Numbered from the stretch's first letter, positions 1 to 9,537 are shown. The stretch is 64,000 bases of DNA from an uncultured Acidimicrobiia bacterium (GCA_963752075.1 CAVVWO010000005.1:30523-94522), one strand, 5' to 3'. Translations and numbers: made by a program. The notes: a model not told the origin generated them from the sequence alone.

Positions 1-273
1 GGTATTGGAGCCGTAGATCGTGCAACAGAACTCGGTGTAGCCGTCACAGCAGAGTGCGCTGCAACTGCACGAGGAGCCCGAGCAGGAACAGACCGCCGCG
101 AAGGCGGAGGTCGGCTTGAGCGCGTAGGTGAGGGGGGCAGCCACGAGGGCCGATCCGACCGTGGCGACCCGGCTCAGGAAACTGCGCCGGCTCACCTTTC
201 GCTCGAGGAGTGCGGTAGCTTCGCTCGGACGAGCCAGTTGCTCACGTTGCCGCCGCCTCCGGACCTCGGCCAT
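1..273 (-). CDS. Tat-signal, Cys-rich small secreted protein (3' end runs off the window)
   Basis: Hand translation of the minus strand from ATG (complement of 271-273): MAEVRRRRQREQLARPSEATALLERKVSRRSFLSRVATVGSALVAAP. This has a twin-arginine SRRSFL motif plus a hydrophobic region, followed by CSCSGSSCSCSALCCDGYTEFCC. The frame stays open to position 1. It is absent from the ORF track because it has no stop in the window. Confidence 0.45.
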   Translation of the reverse strand, partial: MAEVRRRRQREQLARPSEATALLERKVSRRSFLSRVATVGSALVAAPLTYALKPTSAFAAVCSCSGSSCSCSALCCDGYTEFCCTIYGSNT

Positions 274-275
274 GG

Positions 276-791
276 TTTCGGGGAAGGCGGTCAGGGCGAC
301 GTAGATCAGGTAGACGCCCACGATGCTCAGCGCCAACAGGGGAGCGCTCTCAGCCGGGTGGTCGACGAGCTGGGAGGTGAGCGGCCGGTTCGGCGGTGAA
401 GGCCCAGACCAGCGGCCGTCGTGGCCGCCACCAGGTTGACGGCGATGTGAGCGACCGAAGGAGGTGTGTCGACTCGCCCGAAACAGCCGCAGGACTGGAT
501 GGAAAGGCCTCTGCGGAGAGCGACGATCACGAAGACGGCGAACGCCGAGTACACAGCCACGAGTCGGCCGGACGAGCGCCAGGGGAGGCGTGCGTTCCCG
601 CCACCAGCAGTGCCATCGAGGCCGAGCGCCAGCTCGGCTCCGCCCATGCGACCGCACGAGGACCCGATGGGACGGCAGTCCCATCGCCTCGCATGGCGTT
701 GGCGGTGTCGTCCGGTCGGACGATCTTGAGGAGTCCGCCCAAGGGCAAGGACGACCAGGGCAACGAGGAAAGGGCCGCTCAGAGGATGCAT
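276..791 (-). CDS. MauE/DoxX-like integral membrane protein (apparent frameshifts; 3' boundary uncertain)
   Basis: Minus-strand pieces lie in three frames (ORFs 327..950 and 527..763 plus an unlisted frame). They read MHPLSGPFLVALVVLALG, GGAELALGLDG and LSIQSCGCFGRVDTPPSVAHIAVNLVAATTAAG. A CGCFG-containing TM core is typical of the MauE family. Confidence 0.5.
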
Positions 792-894
792 GGTTGGGCA
801 TGGTAGTTCGAGGTCTTGGAGCTGGCGAATCGTGCCTCGTCGGAAGGGTTTGGTGCCCGGCGGCGTTGTCGAGACCAACGAGGAGGGTCCGACC

Positions 895-1575
895 ATGGAC
901 GAACGCGACCGCCGGCATTTTGCCTGGTTGGCGCGCAGTTTTGGCCGCACCGACTATCTCCCGCTGCGCGAGTCTGATCTCGAGGCACTCGCCTCCACGG
1001 GCGAGGTGATCGAGAAGTACCCAGGTACCCACCTGTTCAGGAGGGTGAAGAGTCCCGCCACGCCTTCGTCCTGGAGAGTGGCCAGGTCGAGCTCTATCGA
1101 GGTGCGAAATCGGCCAAACGAACCGTGGGAAGGGCCGGCGCCGGCTCCGTCCTCGGCGACATCGCCATGTTTCAGGGCGAGCCCTACAAGCTCTCCGCCC
1201 GGGCGGCCACGAGGCTGGTGGCCTTCAAATTCGACCGAGATCTGCTTCTGCCGGTCCTGGTGCAGCGTCCGGTGATCACCCTGCGGTGGCTGGTGGCCGG
1301 CCTCACGCAGCTCGAGTCGACGCAGCGACGGGTGCTGGGCTTGATGCAGCGCACGGTGAAGGAACAAGTCGCCGAACTGATTCTCGACGAGTGCGACGTG
1401 CGAGGTGAGGTGCATCTCTCCCAGGCCGGAATGGCCGAGTCTCCTCGGGGCCAGTCGCCAGACCGTCAACGAGGCGCTGGGTCTTCTGCGAGAGGCGGGT
1501 GCCATCGCGACGGCGTATCGACGGGTCCACATCGTCGATCGGTCGATCCTTGAGGCGGTCGCCGGCCGTGGCTGA
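895..1575 (+). CDS. Crp/Fnr-family transcriptional regulator (apparent frameshifts near 1036 and 1440)
   Basis: The cNMP-binding-like core is GSVLGDIAMFQGEPYKLSARAATRLVAFKFDRD. The C-terminal HTH is ASRQTVNEALGLLREAGAI. The gene is recovered by joining ORF 790..1275, ORF 1125..1553 and a third frame ending at TGA 1573-1575. Confidence 0.7.
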
Positions 1576-1717
1576 GAGCTCGAGTCAGATCGAGCCGCTT
1601 CCGTGAACACCGAGCTCGCCGTCCGATCCGGGGCTGGCGAGCTTTGTCCGGTCACGCTGTCGAGCAGAGACACCCCAACTCGGGAGCTGGTCGCGCACCC
1701 TCGTAGTTGGGTTGAAG

Positions 1718-2381
1718 TCACGGAAGAAGAGCTGTCACGATCGAGCCGTACATGCCCTTCTTGATGGCGCCCAGGGTGGCCGGATCCTTCCCGGCCAGCT
1801 CGCCTGCCATGGTGATCGCTCGATCCAGTAGCTCGGAGTCGGCGGCGGTCTCGTCCACGATGCCCCGGGCTTCGGCGCGTCGCCGCCGAATCGATGGGCG
1901 GTGGTCATGGCGAGGTGGGCGGTTTGAGGGTCGAGCCGGCCCTGGATCAGTGCCCCCATGCCGTCGGTGAACGGTATCCGGATATCGACCTCGGGAAGGC
2001 TCCAGAAGCCGCGGTCGGCCCGCATCACCCGGAAGTCGTGACAGAGCGACCACATGGCGGCGGCCGCGAAACAATGTCCGTTGATGGCTGCGACGGTCGG
2101 GCGGGGGAACACCAGGGTTCTGGCGAGGAAGCGTTGCGTTTCCGTCGGCCAGTTCGCCGAGGCTCATGTCGGCGTCGCCGCTCATGACCCATTCGAGGTC
2201 GAGACCGTTCGAGAAGAACTTGCCGACTCCGGTGGTGACGAGGGCGGCCGGACCTTCGGCATGCTCGACCTCGTCCAGGATTGCGTTGAGCAGATCCGAG
2301 CGACTCCCGATTGAAGCGGTTCTCGCCTTCGTCCATGGTCAAGACGAACACGTCGCCATTGCGGGTCAGTTCGTAACTCAT
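1718..2381 (-). CDS. Enoyl-CoA hydratase/isomerase family protein (about three apparent frameshifts)
   Basis: N-terminus MSYELTRNGDVFVLTMDEGENRFN (ORF 2025..2381). Middle PTVAAINGHCFAAAAMWSLCHDFRVMRADRGFWSLPEVDIRIPF (ORF 1735..2112). C-terminus IVDETAADSELLDRAITMAGELAGKDPATLGAIKKGMY (ORF 1718..2185). Together these form a crotonase fold. Confidence 0.7.
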
Positions 2382-2461
2382 CGCCCGTCCTCTGATCGTC
2401 GTGGTCTGCGAATAACCTACTATGCGAGATGTAAACGTTCGTTAACTGATGGGAAGATGAC

Positions 2462-3288
2462 GTGGCAGGGCTCACAGGGAAGACGATGTTCATTTCGGGG
2501 GCAAGCCGTGGAATCGGCCTGGCCATTGCCAAACGGGTGGCCGCAGACGGCGCCAACGTGGCATTGGTGGCCAAGACGGCCGAACCTCATCCGAGGCTCG
2601 AGGGGACGGTGTTCACGGCGGCCGCAGAGATCGAGGCTGCCGGGCGGGAAGGCCCTTCCCATCGTCGGCGATATCCGGTTCGAGGATCAGGTGTTCGGCG
2701 CCGTCGAACGGACCGTCGCCGAGTTCGGTGGTATCGACCTGTGCGTGAACAACGCCTCGGCGATCGATCTGCGCGGTACGGAAGCGTTGCCCATGAAGTC
2801 CTACGACCTCATGCAGACGATCAATACACGCGGCACCTTCCTCGTCTCGAAGGCCTGCATCCCGGCACTCAGGAAGTCCGCACAACCCCCACATCCTCAC
2901 GCTCAGTCCTCCGCTGAACATGGCGCAGCACTGGTTCCAGAACCATGCCGCCTACACGATCGCCAAATACGGGATGAGCATGTGCACGTTGGGCATGTCC
3001 GCCGAGTTCTGCTCCGAGGGGATCGCGGTGAACAGCTTGTGGCCGAGGACGATCATCGCCACGGCGGCCGTCCAGAATCTCCTCGGCGGCGACGAGGCGA
3101 TGGCTCGGTCACGGAAGCCGCAGATCATGGCCGACGCCGCCTACGCCATCTTCTGCCGACCGAGCCGCCAGGCGACGGGCAACTTCTACATCGACGACGA
3201 GGTGTTGGCCGAGGAAGGCGTCACCGACCTCTCCGGGTACGCCTACCGTTCCGACGCAGAACTCCAGACGGACATCTTCCTCGACTGA
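2462..3288 (+). CDS. SDR-family oxidoreductase (two apparent frameshifts)
   Basis: Rossmann motif FISGASRGIGLAIAKR (ORF 2462..2917). CVNNASAI and TINTRGTFLVSKA lie in the ORF 2166..3347 frame. Catalytic YTIAKYGMS is in ORF 2920..3288. Confidence 0.75.
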
Positions 3289-3340
3289 AGTCATCGGCGG
3301 CGGCACGGGCGTCGGAGCTCTCGTCCGGGCGGGCGGGTGG

Positions 3341-4147
3341 TCAGTGACCGGACAGGAAACCCTCGAGGAGCGGGACGACCAGGTCTGGTTGCTCCATGGC
3401 GGGGAGGTGCGCCACCCCTGGCCAACTGGACGAACTCGCGCGGTGGGTATCAGGTCGGCGACCAGCGACGAGCGTTCGACGATGAACGGCAGGTCGAGGC
3501 TGCCGACGAGTACGAAGGTGGGAACGGCGATCTGGCCGAGTCGTTCGAAAGCAGGAGGGCGCGGTCGCTCCTCTCCGGGGCTGGGTGCAGCCAGTGCCAG
3601 TCGGTTCATCTCGAGGAAGAGGTCACGCACCTCACCCGGCGACACGCCCCTCGGGAGCGGAGGGGCCATCGAGCCAGAGGTGAGCTTCGAGACGGTTGAC
3701 CTCGTCGAGGTCGCCTGCCTCGTCGGCGGCGTCGAGGGCGGCGTCGAGAGAGAGAAGCGGCTCGGTGAAGCCTTCGGGCGGTGGAGCTCCAGACACTGCG
3801 GTCCCGATCAGGACCAGTCCCCGGCATCGTTCCGGGTCGGCGAGTGCGAAGTCGAGGGCCAGGCCGCCACCCATCGAGTTCCCGACGAGCGTCACCGCAT
3901 CCATTCTGTGGTGGTCGAGCACTGCCCGGAGGTCGTCCAGGTGTGAGAACTCCCTGGCCTCATAGCTGGTCTCGCCGAAGCCGCGCCGGTCGTACGACAC
4001 CGCGTGATGGGTGGCCGAGACCTCGGACTGGCACTCAGCCCAGCTTCGTCGGTCGGCGACCCCTGCGTGCAGGAACACGACGCCGTCGCCATCCCCGCTC
4101 GACTGGCCGACGATCTGGGCACCCTCGAACATCAACCGCCACGCCAT
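3341..4147 (-). CDS. Alpha/beta-fold hydrolase (apparent frameshifts in the 3' third)
   Basis: ORF 3632..4147 carries VVFLHAGVADRRSW and the nucleophile elbow VGNSMGG. The C-terminus AHLPAMEQPDLVVPLLEGFLSGH was recovered by hand, ending at the stop complement of 3341-3343. Confidence 0.7.
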
Positions 4148-4903
4148 TCAGACTCCAGCTCCTCCTCGGCCCTCTCCGTTCACGAACCGTGATGCTCCCG
4201 CGGCTGCGCTGTGGAGAGGCAACTCGCCGCCCTGTGCTTCCGCCCGCAGGGCGGCTGAGATCTCCATTCCCCATTGGGTGATCGAAGCATACCGGTCGGC
4301 CCGCAGACACGCCTGCGGGAACTCGGCAATCTCATGAGCCAGCTGCTCGGCGACAGACCGAGCCGTCCCGGAGGGCACCACCCGGTCGACGAGGCCCCAA
4401 GCACTGGCCTCTCTGGCGTCGACGGGGCGACCGGTGAGGATCATGTCGAGCGCCCTGCCCTCACCGATGAGGCGGGGGAGGCGGGCCGTTCCACCGTCGA
4501 TCAAAGGCACACCCCATCGCCGCGAAAACACACCGAACACGGCGTCCTCGGCGGCGACCCGCAGGTCGCACCACAGCGCCAGCTCCATGCCGCCTGCTAC
4601 CGCATAGCCCTCGACGGCAGCGATCACAGGCTTGGAGAGCGTCAGTCGGGTCGGTCCCATTGGTCCCTCCCCCTGCGGGTCGAATCCCAATGAGCCTGAT
4701 GCGGCCACTTTGAGATCGAACCCGGAACAGAAGGTGCCTCCTTCGCCCCACAGGACCCCAACGAATTGCTCGTCGTCGGCGTCGAATGCGACGAAGGCGC
4801 GTCGAAGCGCCTCCGCCGAGGACGGATCAACGGCGTTGCGGGTCTCCGGACGGCTGAGGACCACCGTGGTGATAGATCCATCTCGCTCGACTCGGACCGT
4901 CAC
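4148..4903 (-). CDS. Enoyl-CoA hydratase (crotonase family)
   Basis: VTVRVERDGSITTVVLSRPETRNAV, GGTFCSGFDLK and AVEGYAVAGGMELALWCDLRVA. The GTG start overlaps the P450 stop by 4 nt (GTGA). The stop abuts the hydrolase start. Confidence 0.85.
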   Translation of the reverse strand: MTVRVERDGSITTVVLSRPETRNAVDPSSAEALRRAFVAFDADDEQFVGVLWGEGGTFCSGFDLKVAASGSLGFDPQGEGPMGPTRLTLSKPVIAAVEGYAVAGGMELALWCDLRVAAEDAVFGVFSRRWGVPLIDGGTARLPRLIGEGRALDMILTGRPVDAREASAWGLVDRVVPSGTARSVAEQLAHEIAEFPQACLRADRYASITQWGMEISAALRAEAQGGELPLHSAAAGASRFVNGEGRGGAGV

Positions 4904-6102
4904 GGTCGACGATCCACGGCCAGCGGGAGCGCCTTCATGCCTCTCAGGAAGAGCATCATGTTCCACCGCAGATCCTCCGGCTCGATCGCCAGCTCGATGC
5001 CTGAGAACTCGGTGAGCAGCGCCTGGAAGGCCATCTTTGCCTCGAGCCTGGCCAATGGGGCCCCGAGGCAATGATGGATCCCGCTTCCAAACGCTATGTG
5101 CCGGTTGGGTGTTCGGGTGATATCGAAACGGTCGGGATCTTCGAAATGGGCAGGATCGCGATTGGCGGCCAGGAGCACAGGGACCACCAATTCACCGGCG
5201 GGAATCACCTGGTCACCCATTGGGATCTCCTCGAAGGCCCATCGCAGGGTGGGAACCTCTACCGGACCGTCGTAACGAAGCATCTCTTCGATCGCTCCCT
5301 CCAGGAGGTTCGGGTTGGCTCGGAGCTTGGCGAGCTGGTCCTGATTCCGAACGAGTGCCAGGGTGCCGTTCCCGATCAGGTTCACCGTGGTTTCGTGGCC
5401 GGCGACGAGAAGGAGGAGCACCATGGCCAGCAATTCCGAATGGTCGAGGCGATCTCCGTCCTCCTCGGCGTGGAGCAGTCTGCTGAGGAGGTCGGCGCCA
5501 GGATCGTCCTTGCGGGTGGCGATCTGTTCGTTCATGTAGGCGATGAACTCGAGCCCGGCGAGTTGGGCGTCGGTCACGTCGTCGGTGAAGAGAAGTCGCT
5601 TGGTCCAGTTGCGAAACAAGTCTCGATCGGCCGCAGGTATTCCGAGCATCTCGGCGATGACCGTGACGGGGAGGGGAAAGGCGAAATCGGCAATGAGGTC
5701 GATTTCATCTTTGGAGTGCATTTGCTGGATGAGGTCGGAGGCGATTTCGGCGATTCGAGGCTCGAGTGCCGCCACCGTCCGGGCAGTGAATGCGGTGGAG
5801 ACAAGCCGCCTGAGTCGGGTGTGGTCGGGAGGGTCGACAAACAGCAGATTTCGATTCAGGACCTCGAACCCTGTCTGCGGCACATCGACCGCCCCCGCGC
5901 CAGGGACGTGTTTCTCGATCTCCTTGCCGATCCTCCGGTCCCTGAGGGCGGCCTCGCAGTCGTCGTATTTCGTGAGGAGCCAGACTCCCTCGCCCAACCC
6001 GGGTCCCAGTGCCCGATACACGGGGGCCTCGGCGCGGAGGCGATGGTAGAGGGGATGCGGGTTGGCTCGGACCGACGGGTCCCATGGGTCGAACGTGGTC
6101 AT
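4900..6102 (-). CDS. Cytochrome P450
   Basis: ORF 4900..6132. Heme-thiolate loop FGSGIHHCLGAPLARLE, I-helix LLLVAGHETT and EEMLRY (ExxR). ATG at 6102 is chosen over the upstream alternative. Confidence 0.9.
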   Translation of the reverse strand: MTTFDPWDPSVRANPHPLYHRLRAEAPVYRALGPGLGEGVWLLTKYDDCEAALRDRRIGKEIEKHVPGAGAVDVPQTGFEVLNRNLLFVDPPDHTRLRRLVSTAFTARTVAALEPRIAEIASDLIQQMHSKDEIDLIADFAFPLPVTVIAEMLGIPAADRDLFRNWTKRLLFTDDVTDAQLAGLEFIAYMNEQIATRKDDPGADLLSRLLHAEEDGDRLDHSELLAMVLLLLVAGHETTVNLIGNGTLALVRNQDQLAKLRANPNLLEGAIEEMLRYDGPVEVPTLRWAFEEIPMGDQVIPAGELVVPVLLAANRDPAHFEDPDRFDITRTPNRHIAFGSGIHHCLGAPLARLEAKMAFQALLTEFSGIELAIEPEDLRWNMMLFLRGMKALPLAVDRRP

Positions 6103-6256
6103 GAATCGCTGTCCGGAGTCGTTGGCGCCCACCCTACGTGTTCACCGCCGAAAATGGCGCACAAACTCAAAATTCGCACCTTCCTCCTCGATTAACAGGC
6201 GCGGAACAACCTCCGATGCGCTTGCCTTTGAGCGCGAGGCGCTCCACTCTGGCGCC

Positions 6257-7822
6257 ATGCACACCACCGATACTCCTTTGGACGAGTCCTCCGAGGGTCC
6301 CGCTCCGACTCGCAGAACCCGTTTTGCGGCATTGTCCGGCGCCCTGGCGGTGGCCGCCGCCCTCGGTATGTCCGAATTCGTGTCCGGCCTGACCGGCACC
6401 GGTCGCTCGCTCGTTCCGTCTATCGCCGACTTCACGATCGACGCGGTTCCCTCTGCGGTGGCCAAATGGGGTATTCAGGTCTTCGGTATCTACGACAAGT
6501 TGGCTTTGGTGGTGGGCATCCTCCTCGTCAGCCTGCTGATCGGCGCCATCGTCGGGCAGCTCGGAGCGCGAAGGTTCTGGGTCGCCGTCGCGGGGTTCGG
6601 CGCATTTGGCGCACTCGGCTTGGCGGCCGGATTGGCTGATCCCCTCAATGACACCCTCCCCGTGGTGGCGGCAGCGGTGGCCGCCATCGTTACCGGATTG
6701 GGCTCGCTCTGGTTCTTGTACAAGCTCGGCCGAGGCGATCGCTGGACACAGCACGATCGCGGACGTCGCGATTTCTTCATAGGGGCCGGGGCGGTGACGG
6801 CGATCGCCGTAGTAGGCGCAGGAATGGGGCGGTGGCTCGTCGACCGGATGGAATCCGCCGCCTTGCGGGCAGACGTGATTCTTCCCGGTGTCCGCCGGCC
6901 GATTGCCGCTCCACCGTCCGGAGCGCAGGTGGACGGCGCGGTCCCGGTCATCACGCCCAACGATCGCTTCTACAAGATCGATACCGCCGTCATGACGCCG
7001 CACGTCGATCCGGCGAGCTGGTCGCTGAAGATCACGGGAATGGTCGACACGCCCTATGAGATCACGTTCGACGACCTGCTCGAACTGCCGATGGTCGAGC
7101 GCTACATCACGCTGTCCTGCGTCTCCAACAAGGTGGGTGGCAACCTCGTCGGAACCGCCAAGTGGCAGGGTGTGTTGCTCTCCGACGTGCTCGAACGAGC
7201 CGGAATTCAGCCCGGGGCGACCCAGATCGTGGGTCGCTCGGTGGACGATTTCACGGTGGGGTTTCCCACTGAAGCCGCTTTCGATGGGCGAGACGCCCTC
7301 ATTGCGGTCGGCATGAACGGTGAACCCCTTCCTTTCGACCACGGGTTCCCGGCGCGGCTCGTCGTGGCCGGGCTCTACGGCTATGTGTCCGCCACGAAGT
7401 GGCTGTCGGAGATCGAACTCACCAGGTGGGAGGACTTCGACGCCTACTGGGTTCCGCGCGGCTGGGCCAAGGAAGCTCCGATCAAGACGCAATCGCGGAT
7501 CGATGTACCAGCGAGCAATGCCTCTCTCGTTGCCGGACCCGTCAACATCGCCGGCGTGGCGTGGGCCCCGAACCGTGGGATCGAGCGGGTCGAGGTTCGA
7601 GTCGACGATGGGGCCTGGCAGGATGCCGAACTCGGTGACTCGTTGAGCGACGACGCCTGGCGTCAATGGATCCTTCGAGCGGAGATGTCCTCCGGTTCCC
7701 ATGCCATCCAGGTGAGAGCGACCGATCGAAACGGCGAGACGCAAACGGAGGACTTGGCCGAACCGAGACCGGATGGAGCAACCGGATATCACACCCGTCA
7801 GGTGACGGTGGGGGCTGCGTGA
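6257..7822 (+). CDS. Molybdopterin-dependent oxidoreductase (sulfite-oxidase family) with N-terminal multi-TM domain
   Basis: ORF 6062..7822, ATG at 6257. Several N-terminal hydrophobic helices are followed by ITLSCVSNKVGG, GFPARLVVAGLYGYVSATKWL and a C-terminal Ig-like dimerisation region. Confidence 0.8.
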   Translation: MHTTDTPLDESSEGPAPTRRTRFAALSGALAVAAALGMSEFVSGLTGTGRSLVPSIADFTIDAVPSAVAKWGIQVFGIYDKLALVVGILLVSLLIGAIVGQLGARRFWVAVAGFGAFGALGLAAGLADPLNDTLPVVAAAVAAIVTGLGSLWFLYKLGRGDRWTQHDRGRRDFFIGAGAVTAIAVVGAGMGRWLVDRMESAALRADVILPGVRRPIAAPPSGAQVDGAVPVITPNDRFYKIDTAVMTPHVDPASWSLKITGMVDTPYEITFDDLLELPMVERYITLSCVSNKVGGNLVGTAKWQGVLLSDVLERAGIQPGATQIVGRSVDDFTVGFPTEAAFDGRDALIAVGMNGEPLPFDHGFPARLVVAGLYGYVSATKWLSEIELTRWEDFDAYWVPRGWAKEAPIKTQSRIDVPASNASLVAGPVNIAGVAWAPNRGIERVEVRVDDGAWQDAELGDSLSDDAWRQWILRAEMSSGSHAIQVRATDRNGETQTEDLAEPRPDGATGYHTRQVTVGAA

Positions 7823-8421
7823 GACTGGCCGCCGCCGCCCTGACCCTTGGTCTGGCGCTAGGCGCGTGTGCTGCGAACGACGCCGGGAGTGAGCCGGCGC
7901 CGCCACTCTCGACGACGACGTCCCAACCTCCCGCTGCCGTCACCACGACGACCGAGCCGGCCTTCGACCCACCGGATCTCGGCGAGGCGGGGACACTGAC
8001 CGATCTGGACGGTTGGCTCCAGTCCGACGTCGAGTCGCTCGAGGAGCTGCGGGGCCAGGTGGTCGTCGTGCAGTTCTGGACCTTCGGCTGTTACAACTGC
8101 AAGAACACGCTTCCCCACCTCATAGCTCTCTACGAGGAGTACGGGTCGCAGGGCATGGAGATCGTCGGAGTGCATTCCCCCGAGTTCGAACGCGAGAAGG
8201 ATCCGGTGGCCATCGGCGCCGCCGCCGATGACCTGGGCGTCACGTGGCCGATCGCACTCGACACCGAGAAGCGAAACTTCTTCACATGGCAGGGCAGTCC
8301 GGCTTACTGGCCCCGCACCTTCGTGGTGGACCAAGATGGTCGGATACGGTTCGATCGGATCGGCGAGGGCGCCTACGACGAACTCGAACGGACGGTGGCG
8401 ACGCTCCTCGACGAAGCGTGA
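7819..8421 (+). CDS. TlpA/redoxin-like thiol-disulfide oxidoreductase lipoprotein
   Basis: Lipobox LTLGLALGAC. Thioredoxin motif WTFGCYNCKNTLPHL. GTG 7819 overlaps the upstream stop (GTGA). Confidence 0.8.
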   Translation: MRLAAAALTLGLALGACAANDAGSEPAPPLSTTTSQPPAAVTTTTEPAFDPPDLGEAGTLTDLDGWLQSDVESLEELRGQVVVVQFWTFGCYNCKNTLPHLIALYEEYGSQGMEIVGVHSPEFEREKDPVAIGAAADDLGVTWPIALDTEKRNFFTWQGSPAYWPRTFVVDQDGRIRFDRIGEGAYDELERTVATLLDEA

Positions 8422-8990
8422 TCTTTCTCGAGGGCATCGGCGACGTGATCTTGCCGTGCGCAGCGGCGATCGTGGTTCCAGGCATCCTCGTCGCTCTGAT
8501 CGGGCGCCGCACCGCCTTGCTCGCTTCGATCGTCTTTGCCGCCACCGTTGGCGTGGCGCTGTGGCTCCGAGCGGCCGGATTCTTCACCGCATCGCCCAAT
8601 GGTTGGGTCGTGGCCGGTGGCTTCCTCATCGCCGCCGGGCTCTTCGTTTCGGGCTGGCGACGAGCGCCCTTGCCCGGGGCGGCTCTGGTTGCGGCTGTTG
8701 CCGCCTGGATGTGGCAGCCATGCGTCGGCATTCATCTCGGGTCGGCCCTCACGCTCGCCACCCGCGAACCTTGGGCAGCCATGGTCCCGCTGATCGCCTA
8801 CGGAATCGGCCTGTCGATGGCGCCGGTCGCCATCGGCCTCCTCGTTCAGACCTTTCATTCCCGCAGCGGGCACACCCGTGGCTCTGGCGTGGTGTGGCCG
8901 GCGGTCGGGCTGGTCGTCTTGGCCTTGTTGGCGGCCGCGGGTTGGTATGAAGAGGTGGTCGCCCGGCTCGTGCAGTGGAGCGTCCAATGA
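8418..8990 (+). CDS. CcdA/DsbD-like membrane protein (thiol electron transfer)
   Basis: Polytopic hydrophobic protein with two intramembrane Cys motifs (LPCAAAIVVPG and WQPCVGIHLG). GTG 8418 overlaps the upstream stop (GTGA). Confidence 0.6.
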   Translation: MIFLEGIGDVILPCAAAIVVPGILVALIGRRTALLASIVFAATVGVALWLRAAGFFTASPNGWVVAGGFLIAAGLFVSGWRRAPLPGAALVAAVAAWMWQPCVGIHLGSALTLATREPWAAMVPLIAYGIGLSMAPVAIGLLVQTFHSRSGHTRGSGVVWPAVGLVVLALLAAAGWYEEVVARLVQWSVQ

Positions 8991-8994
8991 GGGG

Positions 8995-9021
8995 TTGACA
9001 TCCTTTTCCCTGATGTGTAAT
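8995..9021 (+). promoter_or_regulatory. Candidate sigma-70-type promoter in an AT-rich island
   Basis: TTGACA at 8995-9000, and TGTAAT at 9016-9021 and again at 9024-9029. It lies in a locally AT-rich stretch (tgatgtgtaatgatgtaattatgattactg) immediately upstream of ATG 9031. Confidence 0.35.
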
Positions 9022-9030
9022 GATGTAATT

Positions 9031-9534
9031 ATGATTACTGAGATGGAATCCTGGTTCAGAGGTCGCCTCCCCGACGACTGGTTCACCGATATCGAGATTC
9101 AGGTCGACCGCGATGAGATCGTTCTGATTGGCACGCTGGAAGTCCCGACGCTTTCGGAGGACGCCGGGACGGAGGACAGCGCGATCGCCTGCACCAGTCG
9201 GATCGAGGGCTTTCGTGAGGACACGCGCCGCCAACGCATGAAGATCGCGGATGAGGCCCAGCGCAAGTTCGATCGCAAGGTGTCGTGGGGAGCTCGCTGC
9301 GGTGAAGTGGGAATCATCTTCACCCACCTGGCTGTTCCGGCGATGACTCGCCTCCGGATGCGTGAGCGGAAGGTGCTCGACACGCTCATCGACGGCGGGA
9401 TAGCCCGCAGCCGATCCGAGGCGCTGGCCTGGTGCGTGCGTCTGGTCGGCCGTCACGAGACCGAGTGGATCGAAGAACTCCGCCAGGCGTTGGTGGCGGT
9501 CGAGGACGTGAGAGACCGCTCGCCGCTCGACTAG
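9031..9534 (+). CDS. Conserved hypothetical protein with C-terminal ribbon-helix-helix-like segment
   Basis: ORF 8878..9534. The start is ambiguous (ATG 9013, 9031 or 9043). The C-terminal RMRERKVLDTLIDGGIARSRSEALAWCVRLV looks RHH-like. Confidence 0.6.
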   Translation: MITEMESWFRGRLPDDWFTDIEIQVDRDEIVLIGTLEVPTLSEDAGTEDSAIACTSRIEGFREDTRRQRMKIADEAQRKFDRKVSWGARCGEVGIIFTHLAVPAMTRLRMRERKVLDTLIDGGIARSRSEALAWCVRLVGRHETEWIEELRQALVAVEDVRDRSPLD

Positions 9535-9537
9535 TCG

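Noticed and set aside
5071-7906. Long ORFs antisense to the P450 and Mo-oxidoreductase genes (5071..6195 +, 6167..7906 -)
   Set aside because: These are typical high-GC shadow ORFs. Their translations are Arg/Gly/Pro-rich with no motifs. The opposite strand carries unmistakable P450 and molybdopterin-oxidoreductase signatures.
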